A stretch of 64,000 bases of DNA from NCBI GenBank assembly GCA_965287045.1, contig OZ336888.1, positions 22,258,001 to 22,322,000 of the forward strand, in the 5' to 3' direction. Below, piece after piece: positions 47,175-58,587 of this stretch (its first letter is position 1; every line of letters begins with the position of its first letter). A program made the translations under genes and the position numbers. The stretch is from Carcharhinus amblyrhynchos. Its lineage: Eukaryota. Under the pieces are notes generated by a model. It was not told the origin of the DNA, ran no database searches, and saw nothing but the letters and a program-made list of their open reading frames with translations.

Positions 47175-48720
47175 TGTTGGCCATAGTTCATAGGCCTTAT
47201 TAAGGTATTTGTAATCTTAGGTCATTCAGCAGTAAATATTTATTAACTACCAGAAACAACAGACACAAATACATTAAAGATCCAATCCAGGAGCTTTCTC
47301 AATGTTGTTTCTATACACACCATGTCCAACACTACACTGACCCCTAGATGCAAGCCATGTGTTCTATTATATCACTGTATAGGTGACACTGCATTCAGTC
47401 CCATGCTAACCCTTTATGTGCCAGACCCTTATACTACACCTCCCCCAAGTCTTTATCTAACATACTTACAAGTAATCCCAGTTTACCTTATGTAATATTA
47501 CATCATTGCTCTGACCCCATCTACACCTCCCTCTCAGATCCCCTCAAGTTTCTGAGTTCATAGATTTAGGTTGTCTGTAAGTCATAAGTATCTTCCATAC
47601 CTAATATATAGCGGAGGAGAGGTAAAGTCTGTTGCTGCAGGTCAACTTTGTTAAGTTAGACATTGTCCTGGCCCCTGGGTACCTTCTGCAATTTCTCTCC
47701 AGGGGAGATCCTTTGAAGGAGGAGGAGCTTCCTCCTGTTTCTCCTCACCGTACCCTCTGAGGTGCCAACCACATATAACTGGGGTTGGTCACCATCTTTC
47801 CAGATGATCATACCGTCTCTCTTGGGTCTTTCATCCAGATTTTGTCATCCTTTTGTAGACATGGCAAGTGCCTGATGTGGTACCTTTTGTTGTAGGTGGA
47901 AGGTTGTTTCTGCTGTAGGACTGCTCTCCATCTTGGATGTCCTGGTAATCCTTGGTTATCAACCCGAGTATTAGTTTCTTTGGCTGAGTTGGGATTTCTC
48001 TGTGGAGATTGCTGCCCATCATTATAATGGAACAAATCCAAATGTTAACAGTGCTGTTTGTAAGTCTTTGTTCTTTTTTAGGAGGGTTTTTCTAGTACAG
48101 ACCCCTGTTTTGGCCTTCCCATTTGACTGTGGCTACCTTGGGGAGCTGGAAAAATGGTGAAAGACAGATGTGATGGTAAATTGGACAATGTAATGTTTTA
48201 AAATTCTGGGTCGTTATTGGACACAACTTCATCACAGATGCCATGACTCGCCAACATCCCTTTTACTGCTACTGCATCTGTGGTTGTCGTGTACAATTGC
48301 TTCACCTCAACCCATCTGGAAGTGTAATGAATGATTGGTTGAAGATAAATAAATTGATGCCCAGCCTTTCCCATGGAAATGTGTAAGGATAGTGCTGCTT
48401 GTGCAGTGCCCACACCTGACAGTTCACTGTCATGTCCAGTAATCTCTAAACTGTCTGTGCTTTATATGCTCTGTCTGAGGCCAGAACTCTCCATTCACCT
48501 GACGAAGGGGCTAACCCGAAAGCTTGCAAGTATATTATCAAATAAATAGGTTGGACTAAAACCTGGTGTTGTCAGACTTTTTACTATGTCCTGGATTACC
48601 CTGGAAGTGTTTGATCATCAGAGTGCGCTTTGAGCTAATGCTCCACACTTAATGGTGCCCAGATGGCCATGGAGTATCTTTTGGATGACCTCCAGTCAAA
48701 GGGAAACTAGGATGACCGGC
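47175..48720 (-). mobile_element. Gypsy 3' relic: integrase, PPT and 3' LTR (LTR ~47175-47438)
   Basis: HYTSRWVEVKQLYTTTTDAV..SHGICDEVVSNNDPEF integrase core; minus-strand PPT gggggagg (47439-47446) abuts TGTAGT; a related LTR lies at 49775-50025. Confidence 0.8.
48447..48588 (+). mobile_element. Single-arm PLE family-1 pseudo-LTR with hammerhead motif (48493-48530), inside the Gypsy relic
   Basis: Near-identical to 39715-39854; attcac CTGACGA agggg ctaa ccc GAAA gcttg. Confidence 0.9.
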
Positions 48721-48749
48721 TGCTTATTGTACACCAAGAGATCATCGAT

Positions 48750-48860
48750 GTTAGCACTGCTGCCTCACAGTATCAGGAACCCAGGTTTGATTCCTGGCTT
48801 GGGTCACTGTCTGTGTGAAGTATACATGCTCTTCCTGTATCTATGTGTGTTTCCTCTGCC
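48750..48860 (+). mobile_element. HE1 SINE head fragment
   Basis: ttagcactgctgcctcacag..gggtcactgtctgtgtg. Confidence 0.75.
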
Positions 48861-49080
48861 TACACCTCATGACATTCACCTAGGCAGCAGTATGCATCTG
48901 GGACAAAAATTAAACAACAGCGGGCACATTTTCCAGCCATAGTAGACTTCCAACAAAACAGAATATTAATTGAATCTAGGAGCTTGAAGCAACTTCTCAA
49001 CTAACAAGGAGACAACTACCAGCAACTGCAAGTAAACTGCTCCAGATTCACCAAGAACAAATGTGAGAGGAGCAGTGTGC

Positions 49081-49205
49081 TGGTTAAATACATTGGCCAT
49101 ACTAAATTCTCCCTCAGTGTACCAAGTGTGACGACTAGGGGATTTTCACAGTAACTTCACTGCAGCATTAACGTAAGCCCACTAGTAACACTAATAAATA
49201 CACTT
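49081..49205 (+). mobile_element. HE1 type B 3' half
   Basis: cattggccatactaaattctccctcagtg..ctaataaata. Confidence 0.8.
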
Positions 49206-49264
49206 TCTTGTTAGCAATAATGATGGATGCAAGCACACTCCTCCTCTCACATTTGTTCTTGGTT

Positions 49265-49765
49265 TTTGAAGTGCTGCCCCTTCATCAGGTGAGTGGAGAG
49301 TTGGGTTCACAAACATAGCATATAGGCTCATTTGCAAGATAATGGTTAGAATGGAAGTCTTTTCAGGTAATCAAGTCTTTACAGGTACAAACAATGCGAG
49401 TGGAGAGAGGGATAAGCACAGGTTAAAGAGGTGTGAATTGTCTCAAACCAGGACAGTTCGTAGGATTTTGCAAGCCCAGGCCAAATGGTGGGGGTTACAG
49501 ATAGTAACATGAACCTAAGATCCTGGTTGAGGCCATTCTCATGCATGCGGAACTTGGCTATCAGTATCTGCTTGATGATTCTGCGTTGTTGCATGTCTTG
49601 AAGGCTCCCTTAGAGAACGCTTACCTGAAGATCGGAGGGTCAATTCCCTTGACTATTGAAGTGTTTTCCTGATAGGAAAGGAACACTCCTGCCTGGTGAT
49701 TGGCTCGTGGTGTCCATTCATCTGTTGTCGTAGCGTCTGTATGGTCTCGCCAATGTACCACGCCA
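49265..49765 (-). mobile_element. PLE family 1 fragment (GIY-YIG C-terminus and pseudo-LTR, cut off at the hammerhead)
   Basis: AWYIGETIQTLRQQMNGH; LIAKFRMHENGLNQD; minus strand ctcacCTGATGAaggggcagcacttcaaaa. Confidence 0.88.
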
Positions 49766-49774
49766 CTGCCACTA

Positions 49775-50025
49775 TGTTGGAAGGTGTTAGGCTTTGTAAG
49801 GTAGATCTTATCAAATTATTTGTATTCTTAGATAGTTCAACAGTGAGCATTTATTAACTACTACAAAATATATACATAGGCATATATATACTGCTTCTAC
49901 ACACAGCTCTGTCAGCACTACACAGGCCTCTAAGTGTGGTTCATGTTGCTCTTTTATATCACTGCCTTGGGAGTTCTGTATGCAGCCCCATGATAATCCT
50001 TTAAGTGCTAGACCCTTACACTACA
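49775..50025 (-). mobile_element. Gypsy-type LTR related to 47175-47438
   Basis: Shares tgttgg..taggc..taaggta, tttattaacta and agaccctta.actaca ends. Confidence 0.6.
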
Positions 50026-50237
50026 GATCCTTCCCTCTTATAGACTGTGGGTCTCTGGGGTTAATTTTGGTTTCTGGTTATAATAGCTTGTTAAACATTG
50101 CTTAATTTCCATTAGGAGCATATCATTGTGGTATGTTATGTCTGCCGTTACAGTTTTAATACATTCATAATCTCCAGTCTTGTCATTTTTCTTCGTAGAA
50201 TGTTAAAAACATTGTCACTTTTTGAATAAAGATTATA

Positions 50238-50560
50238 GGGCAGCACAGTGTCATTGCTGCTTCACAGCGCCAGGAACTCATGTTCAATTCGGCCTTAGGT
50301 GGCTATGTGGAGTATGCACATTTTCCCCGTGTGTGCGTGGGTTTCCTCTGGGTGCTCTGGTTTCCTCCCACAAAACAAAGATGTACAGGTTAGATGGATT
50401 GGCCGTGCTAAATTGCCTCTTAGTGTGCCAATATTTGTAGATGAGGTGGGTTCGCTGTGGTAAATGCACAGGGTTAAGGGGATGGGCCTGGATAAGAAGC
50501 TTGGAGAGCCAGTGCAGACTTGATGGGCGGCCTGGCATCCTTCTGCTCTGTGGGGGTTAC
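50238..50560 (+). mobile_element. HE1 V-SINE, type A variant
   Basis: Head, V-domain and gtgcagacttgatgggc tail. Confidence 0.85.
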
Positions 50561-50629
50561 CTGATATCTTCACTATACAACTTGCATCTTTAAGCACCAT
50601 TAAAGTAAAACAAAATCCTGAGAACTTTT

Positions 50630-51165
50630 ATATCAGAGAACAACCGTATCAATGTTGGGAATGAACTTGGTCAGATTCCATTTGTAGTAGTGTTCAGTTT
50701 TGACAAAAAAAAATTGACCCTTGGAGGGAATACAACACATATTCAGCAGAGTGATACCAGAGTTTGTGGGGGTTATTTTGAGGATAGGCTGTATAAATAT
50801 GGCTGTTTTTTTTTGCATGTAGAGGACTAAAGTGATTTAAAAGGGTTTGATGGGGTGGATTAAGAAAGATGGTTTCCTTTGTGGGTATCACAAACAAGAA
50901 GTTGCAACCTTAGAGCTAGAGCTAGGCAATTGGAAAGAGGGAATTTAAGAACACTTTTTTCATTGAATAGAAGAAATTTGTAACTCTCTCCCACTAAGTG
51001 TTGTGCATGCTGGAAATCACTGTGTTCTGAGATTGATAGATTTTTTTGTTGGGTAAAGGATGTGGAACAAATGCAGGTAAATGGGCTTGAGGTACATAAT
51101 CAACTATAATCTAATTGAAAAGGTAGATGGGCTGAATGGCCTACCCCTGTCCTTGTCTTCCTGTG
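50630..51165 (+). mobile_element. Old CR1 3' fragment
   Basis: ttggtcagattccatttgtagtagtgttcagtttt (~LVRPHLEYCVQF); ctaattgaa..gggctgaatggcctac 3'UTR. Confidence 0.7.
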
Positions 51166-52189
51166 AAATGGACAATTTTCCCATCTCTGGTGTTAGGCAA
51201 TTTTAAGGATTGATATATATAAATGAAGCTTAGCTCCTCAATGTGCCTTAGTATAGATATAAAAAAACACCAATTAATTCAATAACTCATGCAATGTTGA
51301 AGGGGGAGAACTTTGACACTGAGGAATAATTGGAAGCAGATTTAGGGAAGGTGACTAGTGAGGGTGTAATTGAAGATGCAGGCTTGGAAAAGACTTTTGA
51401 GGGTGGTGGATTTGGGGTGGGGAGTGAGAGGGTAGTTTGGGGAAGGAATTTGGAGGAGAACTCCAGAAATTAAGATGCCTTTCCTAGAAAAGCAGCAGAG
51501 GATACTGTCTTCTGACCTTGGGAGAAGAATCAAGGTTCAGTGAGTTAGTGCAGACCAGTGGTGGCACCTGTGCAAAGGAGGCAAAGGCAGCATTAGAAGG
51601 ATGTGATTGGTTTTAATATTCCTGGATTGGGGTTAAAAGAAAAAAGAACAGACAAGGTTCTTTGAGTGATGCTGTAAGGGGCTGTGGTGAAAAAGTGTGG
51701 ATCACGATTCAGTACTGACTGGGGCTTGGACTGTCGAACTAAACTCTAGCAACGCCCTCCCCTGCCCCCTCACCGACAGCAATAAGAACGCAACATCTCA
51801 AAACCAAAAATGAGACCATCTTATTAGTGCCTCTGCCCCATCTCTCTCTTCCACTTGTCTATCTGACCAAACTTTCTCTAATATTCTCCCATCCTTGGCC
51901 TCTGCTCTCATCTTTTATAGTTTCTCCTATCTTTCTTGTCCCTTCTCAGCTCACTTTGTCCGTGAGGCACACTTTCTGATTTGATCCTATTTCCACTAAA
52001 CTGCTGAGCGCCCAACTCTCCCCCTTGGTCCTCATATTAACAAATATTAACATTTCTTTCTCATCACCGCTCTCCTTACAAAACCAATCCTTGACCTCCA
52101 CTATTTTTGCCAGTTATTGTCCTACATTCCCATCCTTGATGGAATTCCATATTCTGTCCAATCAGGTTTCTGTCTCTCTTGTGCTATTG

Positions 52190-53221
52190 TATTCGGATTG
52201 GCAGTTGGTGACTAGTGGAGTGCCCCAGGGATCGGTGCTGGGGCCTCAGCTATTTACCATTAATGTAGATGATCTAGAAGAGGGAGCCGAGTGTAAGGTG
52301 TCGAAATTTGCTGATGACACAAAGATAAGTGGATCGGCAAATTGTGCGGAGGGTGTGGAAAGTCTGCAGAGGGATCTAGATAGGCTGAGCGAGTGGGCGA
52401 GGACCTGGCAGATGGAATACAATGTTGGCAAGTGTGAGGTTATCCACTTTGGTAGGAATAATAGTAGGAAGGACTACTATTTACAGGGCGAAAAGCTGCA
52501 GCATGCTACGGTGCAGAGGGACCTGGGTGGTCCTTGTGCATGAGTCGCAAAAACCCAGCCTACAGGTGCAGCTGGTGGTCAGGAAGGCAAATGGGATGCT
52601 GGCCTTCATAGCGAGGGGGATTGAATATAAAAGTAGGGAGGTCTTGCTGCAATTGTACAGGGCACTGGTGAGGCCGCAGCTGGAGTACTGTGTGCAGTTT
52701 TGGTCACCGCACTTGTGCAAGGATATTTTGGCCTTGGAGGGAGTGCAGAGGAGGTTCACTAGGCTGATACCGGAGTTGAGGGGGTTGAGCTAGGAGGAGA
52801 GGCTGAATAGACTGGGCTTGTACTCGTTAGAGTTTAGAAGGATGAGGGGGGATCTTATTGAGACATATAAGATGATGAAAGGGATGGATAGGGTAGAGGT
52901 GGAGAGGTTCTTCCCGCTCAAAGGACAGCAGGACTAGAGGGCACAGCCTCAAGATAAAGGGGGGGCAGTTTAGAACAGAGTTGAGGAGGAACTTCTTCAC
53001 TCAAAGGGTGGTGAATCTCTGGAATTCTCTGCCCGTTGAAGTGGTAGAGGCTACCTCGCTAAATATATTTGAGACGCGGGTAGATAGGTTTTTGGTAGGC
53101 AAGGGGAGAAACCGGGAAAGTGGAACTGAGCCACTTCAAATCAGCCATGATCTTATTGAATGGCGGGGCAGGCTCGAAGGGCTAGATGGCCTACTCCTGC
53201 TCCTTGTTCTTATGTTCTTAT
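52190..53221 (+). mobile_element. Young CR1 LINE, 5'-truncated (few frameshifts or stops)
   Basis: [34 protein letters not shown]; tail tgttcttatgttcttat. Confidence 0.95.
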
Positions 53222-53929
53222 ATTACTGCAGACATAGTCAAAAAGATGGATTTGTTAGAAGTTTTAGTTATGTATTTGTTTGTTCTTATATTTGTGTCCT
53301 CTACTTTTGGACTGCCCCACAGCTAGAAACATCTTCCCTACTCTATCAAACACCTTTATAGTTTTAAAGGCCTCTATTAGACCATCCCCTCAGTCTTGTT
53401 TTTTCCCCTGGAGAAATGTTTGCAGCTTCTAGGATATCCCTATCATATTGGACTGAAACTAACTTTTTACGAAGCAACATTCGTAGCGCAGTGCTTCATG
53501 TGGCTGGAGGGCATGTTGGGCCTTCAAGCACTGAAGCTGGGTTTACGATCGATTAGTTACTGTGGATTGAAAACCAAGGCGGTTTCACGGATCCCAGTGC
53601 TTAAATTTCCAATGCTAAACAGTGTCAGTTGTACTCATTTGGAAATTATAAACCACTCTGGGATGCCGAACCAGCCTTAGAATCTATCTTCTATCGCTCC
53701 TGCATATGCCCTAAAATCTTATGCTCTTTATTACTGCTGCTTCAATCTGGACAAGTGGTCATGAAGATCAAACAATGATTACCCCCCCCAGATTTCTCTC
53801 CTTTGCTGAGAACTATTTTATTATTTATGTTATATTCACACTGCTTATTAGCTAAGCCTATTATCGTGCATGTTTTGCCTCTATCATTTGACAGCTCTCC
53901 TATTTCATCCACATTTTTCTGTACGTGCT

Positions 53930-54350
53930 CCGTCTGTTACTCATTATTTGTAACTCCCTGACTCTCATACCGAGTTCTGTATCATCTCCAAATTTAGGTA
54001 GCTTTTTTTCTCCCCCAGAACCAAATGACAAAGCATTTGCATAAACTGTAAACAATAATGTCCCAATGCTGGCCCCTGAGGCACTCTGCTAATTGTTTGC
54101 CTTTATTCTGATGCTGCTACTTTTACAATTACTTTTTGCTTCCTCGATTGTGCCAATTACTGAGCCACTTCAGAAGCCTTCCTGTCACACTGTGCTTTCT
54201 GACATTGTGAATTAATTTCTTGTGCGGTGCTACATCCAAAGCTTAGTTAAAGTTTAAATGAAACGGCCCCCACTGAAATACCTCATATTGAGCCGTCCTC
54301 TTTTTCTCTTCCTCAGAGATGTCTAAAAGATTTCTCAGACATGAGCTCCA
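53930..54350 (-). mobile_element. Ancient CR1 RT remnant
   Basis: gtatcatctccaaattt (~KFADDT) and cccctgaggcactc (~VPQG) on the reverse strand. Confidence 0.55.
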
Positions 54351-54645
54351 TGTTAATTGATTGGAAATTCATGTTGAAGTACTTCCAGCACTGGTGTAGT
54401 GTCTGTTTTCTTCTTCAGAATAAACTTGAGCACAACTGATTCAAAGTAAGTACTCCTTTGTTTACGGTTCTTCATAAGCATTTTACGGAAATAAGAATTA
54501 CTTAAGAGAGAGAGAGAGGAAAAGCAGCAAAACCAGCCAGCATTGTGCTGGTCAAAAACTCAAAACATAGTCTGGATTGAACTAACTAAACGTCGATCTG
54601 TGTCTACAGTATTACTGAATACTTATCTCATGTTATTAAAGAGTT

Positions 54646-55798
54646 ACATAAGAACATAAGAAATAGGAGCAGGAGTAGGCCATCTAGCCCTTCGAGCCTG
54701 CCCTGCCATTCAACAAGATCATGGCTGATCTGAAGTGGCTCAGTTCCACTTTCCCGCTTTCTCCCCATAACCCTTAATCCCCTTGCCCACCAAAAACCTA
54801 TCCACCCACGTCTTAAATATATTTAGCGAGGTAGCCTCAACCACTTCAACGGGCAGAGAATTCCAGAGATTCACCACCCTTTAAGTGAAGAAGTTCCTCC
54901 TCAACTCTGTTCTAAACTGCCCCCCCCCCTTATCTTAAGGCTGTTCCGTCTAGTCCTGCTGCCCTTTCTGAGCGGGAAGAACCTCTCTACCTCTACCCTA
55001 TCCATCCCTTTCATCATCTTATACATCTCAATGAGATCTCCCCTCATTCTTCTAAACTCTAACGAGTACAAGCCCAGTCTATTCAGCCTCTCCTCATAGC
55101 TCAACCCCCTCAACTCCGGTATCAGCCTAGTGAACCTCCTCTGCACTCCCTCCAAGGCCAAAATATCCTTGCGCAGGTGTGGCGACCAAAACTGCACACA
55201 GTACTCCAGCTGCGGCCTCACCAGTGCCCTGTACAGTTGCAGCAAGACCTCCCAACTTTTATTTTCAATCCCCCTCGCTATGAAGGCCAGCATCTCATTT
55301 GCCTTCCTGACCACCTGCTGCACCTGTAGGCTGGGTTTTTACAACTCATGCACAAGGACCCCCAGTCCCTCTGCACCGTAGCATGCCGCAGCTTTTCGCC
55401 CTGTAAGTAGTAGTCCTTCCTCCCATTATTCCTACCAAAGTGGATAACCTCACACTTGCCAACATTGTATTCCATCTGCCAGGTCCTCGCCCACTCGCTC
55501 AGCCTATCTAGATCCCTCTGCAGACTTTCCACACTCTCCGCACAGTTTGCCATTCCACTTATCTTTGTGTCATCAGCAAATTTCGACACCTTACACTCGG
55601 CTCCCTCCTCCAGATCATCTATATAAATGGTAAATAGCTGAGGCCCCAGCACCGATCCCTGGGACATTCCACTAGTCACCAACCGCCAATCCGAATAGTA
55701 CCCATTGACACCCACTCTTTGCCTCCTATTTGACAGCCTATCCTCTATCCATGCTAACACCCTACCCCCAGCTCCATGCCCCCTAACCTTTTGTAACA
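54646..55798 (-). mobile_element. Young CR1 LINE, 5'-truncated, same subfamily as 52190-53221
   Basis: Near-identical peptides; tail acataagaacataagaa at the left end. Confidence 0.95.
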
Positions 55799-56369
55799 AA
55801 GTTGGTACAAGCAGTCTCCAACGACATCAAAACATTGGCATCTATGGCCCTGAAAGCTTCTGTTTACCTTACATTGTACTTTCAGAGAATGGAGCTAAGT
55901 TTCTAGGCTGGACCCAGAATTCCAAGCTGATGTGGTCAAATTAGCTTAAATTAGTTTAGAGCATAGCAGAATTAATTATAGTAGGCAGAAATACCTTAAA
56001 AAGACACCTTTTAACTGGCAAACCATGCAGTGGATCCCACAACTGGAAAACTCTGTGAATACCTGGAACCCAGAAAATTGTCAACTCACTTCCATTTTGT
56101 CTACCCATTGCGTCAATTCTCATGCATAATTAGTTGTGTGAGTGTGTCACGATACTTTTAATAATTGTTCATGGGGTCCCCACAGTTGTTTCTGTTCCCA
56201 GGCTCTGCGTAGACTAACCCTGCCCATTTCCAAAGGTGCTAATGTCGGTAGCTGCTGGCCTCTTTAGCAGCTCCTCTGGTCATGTCTACTTCCTACTTGA
56301 CAACTGGAAACAATGTCGATGGAAGAAGAGGAGAGACAAGAATGTCAGGGATGTCAAATTTCAATGGAA

Positions 56370-56520
56370 GGCAGGTTGTGTCCAGTCGACCTGCAATCAA
56401 TTTTCACCACAGGGACAACACTGCCAACAGTGACCAAGATGACCATGGTCCTAAATTTTAATGGCTGCAGCTCATTTGAGTCAAGTGCAGTATCAGTTAA
56501 TTTGCTGTCCATAAATGTGT
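56370..56520 (+). pseudogene. Harbinger/HARBI1-like transposase remnant
   Basis: TTLPTVTKMTMVLNFNGCSSFE resembles the Harbinger HTH-region motif LPVAVKVT.ALNF.ASGSFQ. Confidence 0.5.
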
Positions 56521-56657
56521 TGAATAGGTGAGTGGTTATTTTATTATTCAGTTGGGTCAACATTTCAATTTCTTTTCCCACCGAATTGCGACAGTAACAT
56601 GACAGGGTTTCAATGCATTGTTAGATTTTTGAAAATATGGGGTGGTTACTGACAGCA

Positions 56658-57062
56658 TTCATAGAATCCCTACAGTTCAGAAAGAGGCCATTTGGCCCTT
56701 CAGGCCTGCACCGAAAACAATCCCCCCGTAATCCCACATATTTATTCTGCTAATATCCCTGACACTCAGGGGCAATTAAGCATGGCAATCAACCTAACCT
56801 ACACATCAATGAACTATAGAATCCTACAGTGCAGAAGGAGGCCGTTTGGCACATTGAGTCTGCACCGACCACAATCCCACTCATGCCCTATCCCTATAAC
56901 CCAACACATTTACCCCAGCTAGCCCCCTGACACTAAGGGTTAATTTAGCATGGCCAAACCTCCTAACCTGCACATCTCTGGACTGTGGAGGAAACCGGAG
57001 ACCCGGAGGAAATCCACACATGGCGAGAATGTGCAAACTCCACACAGACAGTGACCCGAGCC
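56658..57062 (-). mobile_element. Two adjacent HE1 type A 3' portions
   Basis: Two catagaatcc(c)tacagt tails at ~56660 and ~56815. Confidence 0.85.
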
Positions 57063-57689
57063 ATCGAGGTGGCCATCTGAAACTCAAAAGAGTTCACACT
57101 GCACTTGTCACTTGATTAGATCAGAATTATTGACAGGAAACAGTCCACGGGTGTTGGAAGCAAAAACAATCACTTTGATCATTCTACAACTATATTTTGC
57201 CCATTCAGGAATTTCTCAGCAGATAATTCATGTTTCCCAAAGTGGTTCATTATTCTCTTCTTTACAACCCTTGTAGAGAGACAAGAGCCAGGCAGACTGT
57301 TTCATCCAGAATCTTTTTTGACCATATCCCAGAGATACATCAGAAGATGTGCTGGGAGACCCCTTACAAGTCTCAATGTAAAGTCTCTGTGGGAATTGCC
57401 CCAGGAAGTTCCAACTTCCATTGGGCAATTACCCCTCCAAAACTCTGAAGTGGAGTCAGAGATTTTGGGTGGTTCCAGCTCATTTAGCAGCATAGTAACT
57501 CAGGAAAAGTTAGAAGTGTTTAAAGCCAGTTTTAAAACCTAGGTAACTATACTACTGATTGCCCGATGTCTCACTGAACCCCCAATTAGATTCCAAACCA
57601 CTCAACTAAACCCTGAATCTCAACTAAGTCTCTCCCTGCAACATCCACCTTCCCCCTCAAGCTATTGACTGGCCCCTGACTAACCCCTA

Positions 57690-57955
57690 GGCCATAAGAT
57701 ATAGGAGCAGAATTAGGCCATTTGGCCCATTGGGTCTGCTCCATCATTCAATCATGGCTGATAAATTTCTCAAATCCACTTTCCCACCTATTCTTTATGA
57801 GCTTTGATCCCCTTACTGATCAAAAACCTATCTATCTCTGTCTTGAATACACTCAATGACCTGATCTCCATAGCCTTCTGTATGAATTCAATAGATTCAC
57901 CACCCTCTGACTAAAGAAATTCCTCCTCATCCCTTTATTCTGAGGCTGTGCCCAC
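57690..57955 (-). mobile_element. CR1 3' end
   Basis: ccataagatataggagcagaattaggcc 3'UTR; agattcaccaccctctga. Confidence 0.85.
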
Positions 57956-58354
57956 CCTGACCCACTCACCTACTCATCTTACACACTTGGCTTCTCTCAG
58001 TAGCTTGACAAAATGGCTTTGGTTTGTTAAAGTTACTGTAGTATGGCAGTTATAACCAAAGGGGGCCCTGACTTGGCTTCCCCCTGACACTCCTGCCCTA
58101 TGAAGGAAGGACTCTAGGAGCATGTGCACTCCATATTTCTCAGGAGATCCAGTTCAGAAGTCTGGGTGAGAAATATGGCACTCCAATGCAAGACAAGTAG
58201 GAACAAAGTGGCAATCTGATAATGGCTGCTATCATGGAAGATTGGGCCCATTGAATGTTACAGTCCAGAAACAGAAATCCTTGATCCATTGTTATCCACT
58301 GATTCAGTTTTGTCTCATTCCCTACCTTTTCCCTTTATCTTTTCAACTTTTTAT

Positions 58355-58510
58355 TTTTCATCTTCGGACTGTGGGGGGAAATCGAAGCACCCAGAGGAAA
58401 CCCCAAGCAGGCATGGGGAGAATGTGCAAAGTCCACGCAATCACTCAAGGCTGGAATTGAACCTGGGTCCTTGGCAGTGTGAAGTAGCAGGGCTAACCAA
58501 TATGCCCCTG
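58355..58510 (-). mobile_element. HE1 SINE fragment
   Basis: cggactgtgggggg..cccagaggaaaccc..gctaacca. Confidence 0.75.
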
Positions 58511-58587
58511 TGCCTCTCCTTTTGATGAGTCATTAAACCAAAGTCCTGTTTACCCTCTCAGACACATGTAAAAGATTCCATAGCACA

